Source: a virus
Reading direction: 5' to 3' (one strand)
Virus record (IMG/VR): IMGVR_UViG_3300044691_000477
Coordinates: 1-64,000 of that record
DNA length: 64,000 nucleotides
Below the pieces are notes generated by a model. The model saw only the letters and a program-made list of their open reading frames with translations. It made no database searches and was not told the origin of the DNA. This document shows, piece by piece, positions 51,777 to 60,259 of the stretch. Each line of letters opens with the position of its first letter. The first letter of the stretch is position 1. The position numbers and the translations under genes are program-made.

Positions 51777-52669
51777 CCGCGGCAGTTCTGGCTGCGCATG
51801 CGCGCCTTCCCCCGAACTCCCGCAACCGTTTATTGCCGCAATATCCGTCACACATCCGCATAAGCGCATGGACGCATGCCCTCACCTCGACCAGGCGCGC
51901 CACTGCCTCGAATATCCCCGTGATATCACCCCAATTTTCGCCACTGCCTTGTGGGCATGAGCGCCAGGAATCGGTGTGGTCGGGCCGCTCCAGCCGGTGG
52001 AAACGGTTAAGGGTAGGGGGGGGTCCTATTCACGCATGCTCATGGATATTCAGCCTATTTGCTGCGTGCCGGCGTGCATTCCATCTCAGCATGTGGACCA
52101 ATATTCAGCCTATTTAATCCCAGCATGTAGACCATTTATTGCTGTGTTTTATGCAGCCGTGCCACTGTATTTATGCATGGCTGCGCGCGAGTTCGACAGG
52201 CCCGGGCCGGGGCGTCAGAAGGCACGTGGTGTTGTTATGAAGGCACGTGGTGTTGTTACGTATGTTGGTACGTATGTTGGTACGCACCTAGGTGATGCTG
52301 AGCGTGCTGGGCATGTAAATGCAGGCAATAAACATGCACGTGTGAGCGTGTGAGCACAATGAATGTGCTGGTGCGTGCACTGGTGTGAGCGTGAGACAAC
52401 GGTGTTGGTTCGTTGTGTTGTTGTCTCTCTCTTCTCTATGTGTTCATCGCTCTATCGAGCGTTCCTTCGGGCCGCGGATTGGTGCGAGCATGGGTGACCC
52501 GAGCGGTGGTGTGAGCGTGGGCTGGTGTGCACGCTCTACTTCGTACAGACGGGTGCTCTTCTTCCCCGGCCAGCGCGCGGTGCGTCCTTGTGCAACGTCA
52601 TGGTTCTTGGGGGCGCTACTCGCTACGCTGGTGCTTTCCTCTCGGGAGCACTACCTACTAGGAGCACAG
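51777..52669. repeat. Non-coding, locally low-GC, repeat-rich divergent intergenic region
   Basis: Direct and tandem repeats read directly; see the finding for coordinates. Track ORFs here translate the repeats and look non-protein-like. Confidence 0.7.
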
Positions 52670-52957
52670 ATGTGCGCGAAGTGTGAACTCATCGAAGGCT
52701 TGGTTGACCAGATCAACGCCGGCACTCGTCCTATCGACCGCGAGCTGATCAGCGCGATGATCAGCCAGTGGAGCCATGTGTTCGAGGAGATGCAGACGGA
52801 CATCGCCAGCGACAAGCCGTGGCTGCAGTTGCTCGAGGAGCTCGGTGAAACCATGCTCAAGTTGTCGCTGGTGATGCGGTACAACACCGAGAACACAGTG
52901 CTGCGGGCGATGCTCGCCGAGCAGATGCGCATCGCCAACATCGTACGGAGCAACTGA
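52670..52957 (+). CDS. Hypothetical protein
   Basis: ATG 52670 (AGGAGCAC RBS and leader). 95 aa. Confidence 0.7.
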   Translation: MCAKCELIEGLVDQINAGTRPIDRELISAMISQWSHVFEEMQTDIASDKPWLQLLEELGETMLKLSLVMRYNTENTVLRAMLAEQMRIANIVRSN

Positions 52958-52961
52958 ACCG

Positions 52962-53534
52962 ATGGACATCATCATGCGCCCTCGTCAGGGCGGTAAGACC
53001 TACGAGATGGTTCAGCTCCTTGTCGCCGAGGAAGACGCTGTGCTCATCTGCGCCAACTCACAGCACAAGGAGAGCCTGCGCAACCTCGTCCGCCAAGTCG
53101 TGCGCGAGAAGTACACCGCGGGGGGTCATCAGGCTGCCTCCAGGAAGATCGACCTGGTGATGAGCCGTGTCTACGTCGCTCGTGAGTCACGCAACGCGCA
53201 CTACAACGGGCGTGTACTGGTCGATGGCATCGAGTACGTGCTGCAGGCGCTTCTTGGTCCTATCGACGTCGCGACCATGGACATGCCGCGTCGTGCCGGC
53301 AGCGAATACCGCGTGCATTTCGAGGATCAGCGGCTAGCAGCAGCATGGGCGTACGAAGACCAGCACCGTGACGAGCAGCAGATCTACGGCACTGGCACAC
53401 GCACGACGCCGAACACGTTCCTGCAGGCCAGCGCTCCCACCCCTGACGAGATGGTCAAGAAGGTCGCTGAGTTGACAGGCGCCTCCGAGGCTGAGGTGCT
53501 CGGTGTCGCGCTGGGTCTGGACAAGCAGCCGTGA
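52962..53534 (+). CDS. P-loop-containing hypothetical protein
   Basis: MRPRQGGKTYEM is Walker A-like. 190 aa. Confidence 0.6.
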   Translation: MDIIMRPRQGGKTYEMVQLLVAEEDAVLICANSQHKESLRNLVRQVVREKYTAGGHQAASRKIDLVMSRVYVARESRNAHYNGRVLVDGIEYVLQALLGPIDVATMDMPRRAGSEYRVHFEDQRLAAAWAYEDQHRDEQQIYGTGTRTTPNTFLQASAPTPDEMVKKVAELTGASEAEVLGVALGLDKQP

Positions 53535-53547
53535 CTGAGGACAACGC

Positions 53548-54450
53548 ATGACCGCGCTGCTCTGGTTCCACGCCATTGATGACCGACACATCGCCAAGGA
53601 CAACGTGCAACTTGAGGGCACAGCGTGCACTGGGGGTGTCACTGCTGTCCCTGGTGAACGTGATGTCTTCGAGTGCCTCTCTCACGGCCAGCTCGTCTAC
53701 TACATGCAGCGTCCTCGAGCTGAGGATTTCGCTGTCGGGGCGTTCGCACCGCCCGAGATGCAGGCCGAGCTGCAGGAGGATGAGCGGCGCGCTCGGCTGC
53801 AACTTCTGGCTGCCCGGACAGCAGAGACATTCACCAGCAGCGACGTGATGCGCGCACGAGAGCAGCACAAGGTTGACCGCTACACGTTCATGATGGAGCA
53901 ATACGGGTCTGCATGGAAGCAAGTCCTCGACCTCGCCTACTCCGAACAGATCAAGTTCCAGAAGACCGACCCACAGACCAACGCCATGAGTGCGATGAAC
54001 GCTGTTGTCGATGACTTGGCTGAACTTCGCCAAGTTGGTTGGTACTGCGCCGGCGGGCACGACATACCGAGCAAACGCTCTCCAGGCAACACCGTCAAGG
54101 CCAAGCCCTCACTGAGGATGCGAGACAAGCCGCAGTGCTCCTATGCCGAGCCGGTGTTCGTGCTCGTGGCTGGCGCCCGGCATCACGAGGTTCCTATCCC
54201 TGCGCCCGACTACAGCAACGACCACCCTGACCCTGACTGGGTGGCCAACCAGGTCGGGACGATGGTGCGTGTTGGGACGCACAGTGGCGTGGAGTATGTC
54301 GGCCTGTTGTCGATCTACGCCATGGGTAACCCCACCATCAACAAGTCGTCCCGCTACATCGAGCTCGAGAACATCGTGGGCGCGGCTGCTGACAGTCCTC
54401 CCCTGCGTCTGCTGTGGGATGACGTGCACTCCGTAGAGCCTTTGCTGTGA
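53548..54450 (+). CDS. Hypothetical protein
   Basis: 300-aa ORF. Confidence 0.7.
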   Translation: MTALLWFHAIDDRHIAKDNVQLEGTACTGGVTAVPGERDVFECLSHGQLVYYMQRPRAEDFAVGAFAPPEMQAELQEDERRARLQLLAARTAETFTSSDVMRAREQHKVDRYTFMMEQYGSAWKQVLDLAYSEQIKFQKTDPQTNAMSAMNAVVDDLAELRQVGWYCAGGHDIPSKRSPGNTVKAKPSLRMRDKPQCSYAEPVFVLVAGARHHEVPIPAPDYSNDHPDPDWVANQVGTMVRVGTHSGVEYVGLLSIYAMGNPTINKSSRYIELENIVGAAADSPPLRLLWDDVHSVEPLL

Positions 54451-54689
54451 CCACGCTCAAGCGCAGTTCACAGTTCCAGCGCAACAACGCGGTCGCCAAG
54501 CTCGTGCACATCGTGGGTCAGGTCTACAAGGGGCAGGGCACGCTGAAAGGCGCGACTCGTGCAGTTCGGACTGCTGCGCTACGGGTCGAGCCGGGTGTGA
54601 TCGAGATGCTGTGGGACACCGACATGCTTACCCTCGAGGACGCCAAGTTGCTCATGTTCTGGCGCGTCGATGAAGGACTCAAGCCGTGA
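54447..54689 (+). CDS. Hypothetical protein
   Basis: 80 aa starting MTTLKRS. Confidence 0.6.
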   Translation: MTTLKRSSQFQRNNAVAKLVHIVGQVYKGQGTLKGATRAVRTAALRVEPGVIEMLWDTDMLTLEDAKLLMFWRVDEGLKP

Positions 54690-54988
54690 CCGTTCTCAAA
54701 CGACGGTCAAAGCCTGCACCTGAATCACGCGTTGCTCGAGGCCGTCGTGCACCGTTGAGTGATCGCTTCCCTGAAGGCCAGCGGGTGCAGGTCTACGCCG
54801 ACTTCCACGACATGCGGTACGTCGAGAAGTTGGGTGTCGTCGTCAAGACGGTCGCCGAGTCTGACGATCACTACCCGCATGGACGTGTCGGCGTGCTGCT
54901 CGAGTACAACCGACTCGTGCAGAAGTTGTTCGGTGGCCCGGCGCCGAACGCTGTCTGGTTCCGCCCCTCCGACTTGGAGCGTCTATGA
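54686..54988 (+). CDS. Hypothetical protein
   Basis: 100 aa starting MTVLKRRS. Confidence 0.6.
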   Translation: MTVLKRRSKPAPESRVARGRRAPLSDRFPEGQRVQVYADFHDMRYVEKLGVVVKTVAESDDHYPHGRVGVLLEYNRLVQKLFGGPAPNAVWFRPSDLERL

Positions 54989-55128
54989 CCACCATCAACT
55001 GCGGTGACCGTGACCTGCACGACCAACACGGTCACATCTCCACACCACCGAGCACCAAGGGCAGAGCGCTTGCTGCCTGGGAGAAGCGCATCGCCCGACA
55101 CCTCGCCGAGCACCGGAAGACATCATGA
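54985..55128 (+). CDS. Small protein (47 aa)
   Basis: Own translation MTTINCGDRDLHDQHGHISTPPSTKGRALAAWEKRIARHLAEHRKTS. ATGA coupling at both ends. Confidence 0.45.
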   Translation: MTTINCGDRDLHDQHGHISTPPSTKGRALAAWEKRIARHLAEHRKTS

Positions 55129-55451
55129 CCACCCCCACCAACCCGATGGAGCTGTTCGACCTACTCAGTGCCAAGGGCCTCGACATGCTCAAGATCGCGT
55201 TCATGGAGAGCGAGAAGCCATGGCCTGGTGACGACGATCCGGTGGTGGTCGGCCTGCTCAAGCCGGCGCTGCACATCGGCATCGCGTGCACGACCGAGTA
55301 CATGGCCAAGAACCCTGAGACTCTCGCTCTCGCCGGGCAGCCGATCTGCACCCAGTGCCGTGAGCCCGTGCAGACGCTGCAGGTCGGTGCGCAGGACGGC
55401 ATCGACGGTCCGGTCAAGGTGGCATGGCCATGTGGCCACACCCAGTCATGA
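55125..55451 (+). CDS. Hypothetical protein
   Basis: 108-aa ORF. Confidence 0.6.
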   Translation: MTTPTNPMELFDLLSAKGLDMLKIAFMESEKPWPGDDDPVVVGLLKPALHIGIACTTEYMAKNPETLALAGQPICTQCREPVQTLQVGAQDGIDGPVKVAWPCGHTQS

Positions 55452-55756
55452 GCTGCCAAGTGCGGGTCGACTCGAGTCACCAGAGTTGGGTGCGCACCCC
55501 CTCGTACGGCAGGACCATCACGCGCGGTTGTACGCAGCCCGCGTACTACGTGGCGTCGTTCCTCTACAACGGCGAGGTCATCACCGCCCGGCTATGCATC
55601 GATCACGGCATCGAGGCGCGCTACCCGCTCGGGCACGACATCCCACCACCGGGTGCTGCTACCCCTGCGCTGGTCAGGATCAGATCACTCGAGCCCCAGG
55701 TACGCCGGGCCGCGGCTGCTGCAGCGGAACTCCATGAACTCAGTCTGGCGCCATGA
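55448..55756 (+). CDS. Hypothetical protein
   Basis: ATG 55448 (ATGA coupling). 102 aa. Confidence 0.55.
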   Translation: MSCQVRVDSSHQSWVRTPSYGRTITRGCTQPAYYVASFLYNGEVITARLCIDHGIEARYPLGHDIPPPGAATPALVRIRSLEPQVRRAAAAAAELHELSLAP

Positions 55757-56007
55757 CCACCCTGAAGCGCTCGGCCAAGCCGACGACGCGGGCGCCGAAA
55801 GCGAAGGCCAAGCACGAGGTGCGTTGCGCCATCCTCAATGGCAGTGCGTCCTCGGTGGCGCCCATCTGCAGGATCCTGCGGTTGGCTGACGAGGCGAGCG
55901 AGGCGCGGCAGGACGATGTGCTAACTGGGCTGCTGATGGCGCTCGAGGTGCTGACCTGTCTCCCGTTCGAGGAGCTCCAGCGTCAACTCACTTTGCCGAG
56001 GGAGTGA
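55753..56007 (+). CDS. Hypothetical protein
   Basis: 84 aa starting MTTLKRS. Confidence 0.6.
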   Translation: MTTLKRSAKPTTRAPKAKAKHEVRCAILNGSASSVAPICRILRLADEASEARQDDVLTGLLMALEVLTCLPFEELQRQLTLPRE

Positions 56008-56143
56008 ACACCTTCGTCGGCATGGGCTGACCGAGCTTGATGAGCAGGTGAGCCTGCAGGACACGCCTCGTCTCCAGGTCAGCGAGTGCGCTGAAGTCCG
56101 CGTCTGGGATGCGGCCCTCGAGGATGTGCAGGATTGCGCTCAT
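55988..56143 (-). CDS. Small hypothetical protein
   Basis: Track ORF trimmed to ATG 56143. Convergent with arm 4 and overlaps it by 20 nt. Confidence 0.45.
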   Translation of the reverse strand: MSAILHILEGRIPDADFSALADLETRRVLQAHLLIKLGQPMPTKVFTPSAK

Positions 56144-56219
56144 GGTCCTCTTCTCCCCGCCACGGTGGGTGCTCAAGCATGTGTGCGTGCTTCCTGGATC
56201 TGATGACCTTTCGTACCTA

Positions 56220-57722
56220 CTACGTTACGCGCTTCCCGTCCACAATGCGTGTCGCCAAGATGTCGGTCTGCTGTGGGTCTTGATGGTCGATCTGCGCAAC
56301 TGGCGGCGCCGCTCCGAACAGCCGGGACAGCGCGCCGGTCTTGCCGCGCGCTTCGATGCTCACCTTGAGGAAGTCGCGGTTGTCCTCGAGGTCGGCCTGT
56401 ACCTGCATAGCCTTCAGGAAGCGGTCGTACTCCTGGCTCAGGTTGGGGTCGGGATACCCGCCGTTCATCTGCTCCACGAAGTAGCCGAACTGCACTCGTT
56501 GCGCCTGCATCTCGAGCATTCCGGTCATGAACGCCTTGCGCTGCTCAGGCGTCTTGATCTCGGTCGGGATGTCGTAGGCGCACGTCGAGTTGGCCTTGGC
56601 CTTGTCACACTTGTCCCTCACCACACACGAGTCACAACGCCTCGAGCTCTTTCCCCGGACCTCGAGAAGTGGGATGGAGACCACTTCGCCCTGCTGCCCT
56701 GTGAGCACCGTCTCGACCATCCGGGTCCCGAACATCGGCAACGTCGTGCTGTCGCCCTCAGCGCGCTCCAGGAGTGCAGGACGGGCCACCTGCGTCTTCC
56801 CGTCCCCGGAACCTTGCGTACCAACTACGTCAGTGCCTGTTGCCGTGTTGTCGTCCCCACCCTCCCACTCAACGTAGTTACTACGTTCGGTCTCCCAGTT
56901 GGTACGAAACGCCTTGAGAGCCTTCTCCTGCTCGAGCCACGACCACACGGCCAGCCGCAACACCTCGTTCTTGTCGTCGGCAGCGATCTTGTCAGCGTCG
57001 AAGTCCTCGTCCTCGAACAGCGCGCGGTGCCGCATCCGTGCCTGGTCCTTCATCCGCTTGGGGTAGCGCTGGAGCTGGTTGTTGACCCAGACGATGGTGT
57101 CGCCGTACTGACCTGGTGACAGCCACGAGGTGCTGGCGGCAGTGGCGAAGGCCACCTGTCGCAGCATCGTGGGCTTGGTCATGGCCACCCCGTGCAGCTT
57201 CACGCCCTTGCGGACGAGCGCGTTGAGTTGAGGGGTGATGTTGAGGCCCTGGCTGGTCATGGCGGTCTCGGTGATGCCGATGCGTCGGTAGTTGTCCCCG
57301 AGCTCCTCCAGGGCCGGGAGACCCTGCTCTGGGTGCCAGATCGGCATGAACTTCTCAGGGTCGATCTGGCTCCACGCCTCACGGCGCATCATCTTGATCC
57401 ACTCCGGTCCCAGGACCATGGCGTCGAACTCAGTCACCAGTGCCAGGTCATCGATGTGGGTGATCGCGAAGTCGACGTAGCCCTCGCCGTACTTCTTCCA
57501 CTCGCCGACGGTGAGCTGGTTGGGGTCCTTGTTGGCACTGAAGCCGCCGCTGTCGAGCAGGATGGACTCGAAGTCGAACCGGCTCAGGTCCACGCTGTCC
57601 AGGCTCTTGCGGCGCTTCTTCCAGCTCCAGTACGAGATCCCGAGGTTCTGGACACCACACTCGCTCAGCAGGGTCCTCCAGCCGGCCTGTTCGCCGCCCA
57701 TGAAAAACAAAGAGAAACTCAT
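56220..57722 (-). CDS. tRNA-guanine-transglycosylase-fold / DpdA-like DNA transglycosylase with an unrecognised ~250-aa C-terminal extension
   Basis: ILLDSGGFSA (TGT DSGGF motif) and VKLHGVAMTKPTMLRQVAFATAASTSWLSP. The C-terminal half includes RRCDSCVVRDKCDKAKANSTCAYD. Confidence 0.65.
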   Translation of the reverse strand: MSFSLFFMGGEQAGWRTLLSECGVQNLGISYWSWKKRRKSLDSVDLSRFDFESILLDSGGFSANKDPNQLTVGEWKKYGEGYVDFAITHIDDLALVTEFDAMVLGPEWIKMMRREAWSQIDPEKFMPIWHPEQGLPALEELGDNYRRIGITETAMTSQGLNITPQLNALVRKGVKLHGVAMTKPTMLRQVAFATAASTSWLSPGQYGDTIVWVNNQLQRYPKRMKDQARMRHRALFEDEDFDADKIAADDKNEVLRLAVWSWLEQEKALKAFRTNWETERSNYVEWEGGDDNTATGTDVVGTQGSGDGKTQVARPALLERAEGDSTTLPMFGTRMVETVLTGQQGEVVSIPLLEVRGKSSRRCDSCVVRDKCDKAKANSTCAYDIPTEIKTPEQRKAFMTGMLEMQAQRVQFGYFVEQMNGGYPDPNLSQEYDRFLKAMQVQADLEDNRDFLKVSIEARGKTGALSRLFGAAPPVAQIDHQDPQQTDILATRIVDGKRVT

Positions 57723-57779
57723 GATGCCTCCGTGTAGTGGTCCGAGTGGTGTTGCCCCAAACGCTAGGCGAGAGCGCTC

Positions 57780-58127
57780 TCAGCGACGGTCGTTGAAGCC
57801 CATCCGCTGGGTGGTGAAGTGGGAGTGCACCTCGTCCTCAACACGTGCGGCGGTCAGCGTCTTGGCGTTCGGGTTGGCACCCCGCTGAGCGGCTCGCTCG
57901 GTGTTGGCGTGCGGGCCATGCTCGTGCACGGATGTACGGCCACCTGGGTAGGTGATCGTGAAGCGTCCCGTCGTGGCGCCGGCGACGCGTTTGTTGTTGT
58001 CACCGTACGACGGCTCGTCGTCATAGCGCACATGCACCGCGTGCGCTTCCCCCTGCGTCGCGTCCTCGAAAGGACTGTTGACCATCCGCAGCGACTGGCC
58101 GCTCTTCAATGCATAGACACCGCTCAT
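57780..58127 (-). CDS. Hypothetical protein
   Basis: 115-aa ORF between the PP-loop and DpdA-like genes. Confidence 0.6.
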   Translation of the reverse strand: MSGVYALKSGQSLRMVNSPFEDATQGEAHAVHVRYDDEPSYGDNNKRVAGATTGRFTITYPGGRTSVHEHGPHANTERAAQRGANPNAKTLTAARVEDEVHSHFTTQRMGFNDRR

Positions 58128-58146
58128 GGGTCAGATCCTCGCAGGA

Positions 58147-58959
58147 TCAACCCAGTGCGACGCGTAGAGCCTGGTCCTGCTCGAAATCACCGACAGCACA
58201 CGCGCAGCCACCGATGTCGTCCACGTCGATGGTGTTGTCACCTGTCTCGATGCGACGGCGCAGCACGGTGAGTGGCAGCGGCTTGGTCTTCCCTCCGCGA
58301 CGGTCTCGCAGGATGGCAACGTCGCCGAGAACCTCCCGTAGATCGCGTTCCTTCTGCTCCCACCTGGCGTAGGTCTCGGGGCGCTTCTCGAGCAGCATCT
58401 TGAAGTGGCCTTGGCCCCCCTTGACGCAGCCGCCTCCGCAGTTGTTATGAGGGAAGCCCTCTCGTGTCAGCGCTGGTAGAGCAATGCCATAGCGAGCGAG
58501 TTCGGCGTTGATGTTGTCCTTGGTGTAGTAGGGCGGGTCGCATAGAGGCGCCTCGACCCGCCAGGGCGCCCAGTACTTCTGCGCCTTCTCGAAGCGGTGC
58601 GATTCGGTCCAGTCGATGCCGAGGTAGCAGACCGTGTTCCTGAATCCGCAGTGGGCTTCCAGCCACTCACGCATCGGCACCCGCTTGAGGTAGTACGAGC
58701 AGGGGTCGATGCGGGTGTTGCCGATGTACCGCTTGCGCGCGAAGACGTCCCAGATGTCTTCGCCCTGATCAAGTAGTACCTGCTTCGCTCGGGGCATGAG
58801 GTGACTGCTCTCCTCGAGGAATCGGTAGAGGTCGATGTCCTCCTCGCGGGTGTCCGCGTACAGCAGCGTCATGCTGTCGTTCCACTTCAGCCTGGCATGG
58901 ACGAGCATGCCGGTGAACCAGCTCCCCGTACCGCCCGAGGTCATCACAACGTGGTGCAT
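58147..58959 (-). CDS. PAPS-reductase-like PP-loop ATPase (DndC/IbrA-type superfamily)
   Basis: VVMTSGGTGSW (PP-loop SGGxxS), CSYYLKRVPMREWL, HNNCGGGCVKGG. Confidence 0.7.
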   Translation of the reverse strand: MHHVVMTSGGTGSWFTGMLVHARLKWNDSMTLLYADTREEDIDLYRFLEESSHLMPRAKQVLLDQGEDIWDVFARKRYIGNTRIDPCSYYLKRVPMREWLEAHCGFRNTVCYLGIDWTESHRFEKAQKYWAPWRVEAPLCDPPYYTKDNINAELARYGIALPALTREGFPHNNCGGGCVKGGQGHFKMLLEKRPETYARWEQKERDLREVLGDVAILRDRRGGKTKPLPLTVLRRRIETGDNTIDVDDIGGCACAVGDFEQDQALRVALG

Positions 58960-59010
58960 GGTGCTCCTGGTCTGCTGCTCCGAGACTCCACAACGTAGTC
59001 GAGTGGTCCG

Positions 59011-59484
59011 TCAGTCGTCGTCCACGATGGGTCGTGACCGCGCTTCTCTCTGAGCTGCCTGCTCGGCGATGATGGCTGCGAACGGTCGCTGCAGCCCAGG
59101 GAGGTCACTGCGCTGAAACCCTGCGCGAGCGAACATCGGCTTGACGTAGAGCATGGTCTGCACGCCGTCCTTCACAGCCTGGGCCGCGCGCTCGCTGTGC
59201 CAGTCGATGTAGAGGTCGGGTGTCTCGCCGGCAGCTCGCATGCGCCGGATGATCTGCGCGTCGAGCGGGTAGACGGCGGCGTGGTTGCGCATGCCGTTGA
59301 CCGAGCACCAGTGGTCGACCAGTGAGCGGTTCTGCTTGGTGCACAGCACGACCCTGCCTACCCTGGCCAGCGCGAGGTACAACGCCTGCCCCATCGGGTC
59401 ACACATCGCTTGTGAGAGCTCAATGTCGTCGTCTCGCCCGGCGATCACACCCTCGAGCACCATCACGAACGTGGTGGACGCCAT
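59011..59484 (-). CDS. Hypothetical protein
   Basis: 157-aa ORF. Confidence 0.6.
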   Translation of the reverse strand: MASTTFVMVLEGVIAGRDDDIELSQAMCDPMGQALYLALARVGRVVLCTKQNRSLVDHWCSVNGMRNHAAVYPLDAQIIRRMRAAGETPDLYIDWHSERAAQAVKDGVQTMLYVKPMFARAGFQRSDLPGLQRPFAAIIAEQAAQREARSRPIVDDD

Positions 59485-59798
59485 CAGTAGGGCCTCGGCA
59501 TTCCGTCCGCGGTGGTGCTCCTCTTGCGCTGCTGTTCAGCACGCATCACGCCAGCGTGGTCAGGCAGGTGGCTCGGGATGATGGGGTGTAGCTGCGCATG
59601 GTTCTTCTGCACTGCGTAGACAGTGAACGGCTTGAGGCACATCGGGCAGTCAACCTTCGGCATGGCGTCGTAGTCGGCCACATCGATGTCGTTGACCTGC
59701 ATCATCGAACCGCGGCAGTTCTGCCGAGCGTGCGGTGACCTGGAGCGTGCTCGAGCGACATCATCGGCATCCACGAAGTCGCTCGGGGAGTACCTCAC
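59484..59798 (-). CDS. Hypothetical protein
   Basis: 104-aa ORF. Confidence 0.55.
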   Translation of the reverse strand: MRYSPSDFVDADDVARARSRSPHARQNCRGSMMQVNDIDVADYDAMPKVDCPMCLKPFTVYAVQKNHAQLHPIIPSHLPDHAGVMRAEQQRKRSTTADGMPRPY

Positions 59799-60259
59799 TT
59801 CTTCATGGGCCGGTAGATCTGGATGTAGCGGAGCCGCTCGAGGGTGTCCTGGCCGTAGTCGTGGCCAGTGGTGAACTGGTCGGAGTTGTTAGTCGCCCGC
59901 AGTCCCCGCTCCGCACCACCGACACCAGCGTTGTAAGCCGACACAGCGCTCTTGACGTTGCCCTTGAAGTGCGCGATCAGGTCCGACAGCAACTGAGCCG
60001 CCATGTCCGCCTGCAGTGCCATCGGGAATGGGCTGGGGATCTTGTGACTGCGGTCATCCAACTGCCAGGTGCCGTGACCATGCCCGCCGTCACCAGGGGT
60101 CTGCTCCCAGTGCTCGGCCAAGTTCGTCTCTCGACTGCCCACAGCGTAGAGAAGCCGGTGAGGCAACTTGTGCTTCGCCTCAGCGGCGTTGACGACACCA
60201 GGATGACGCTGATAGAAGGCGTCAACCTCATTGAGCAACTCGAGTATTGAGACCTTCAT
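59795..60259 (-). CDS. Lysozyme-like / lytic transglycosylase (SLT-type)
   Basis: GSRETN..GHGTWQLD..SAYNAG. Confidence 0.7.
   Translation of the reverse strand: MKVSILELLNEVDAFYQRHPGVVNAAEAKHKLPHRLLYAVGSRETNLAEHWEQTPGDGGHGHGTWQLDDRSHKIPSPFPMALQADMAAQLLSDLIAHFKGNVKSAVSAYNAGVGGAERGLRATNNSDQFTTGHDYGQDTLERLRYIQIYRPMKK

Noticed and set aside
51833-52353. Track ORFs 51833..52117 and 51976..52353 as protein genes in the large intergenic region.
   Set aside because: They have no RBS, low GC3 and non-protein-like sequence. The repeated peptides (KARGVV twice, TYVG twice) simply mirror the DNA tandem repeats.
54447-55775. Repeated N-termini MTTLKRS / MTVLKRRS / MTTLKRS (and many MTT.. starts) as another junction cassette.
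   Set aside because: ATGACC/GTGACC starts arise naturally from ATGA/GTGA stop-start overlaps in high-GC phages. The similarity here extends over only ~18 nt with several mismatches, weaker than the cassettes reported at 33340 and 45073.
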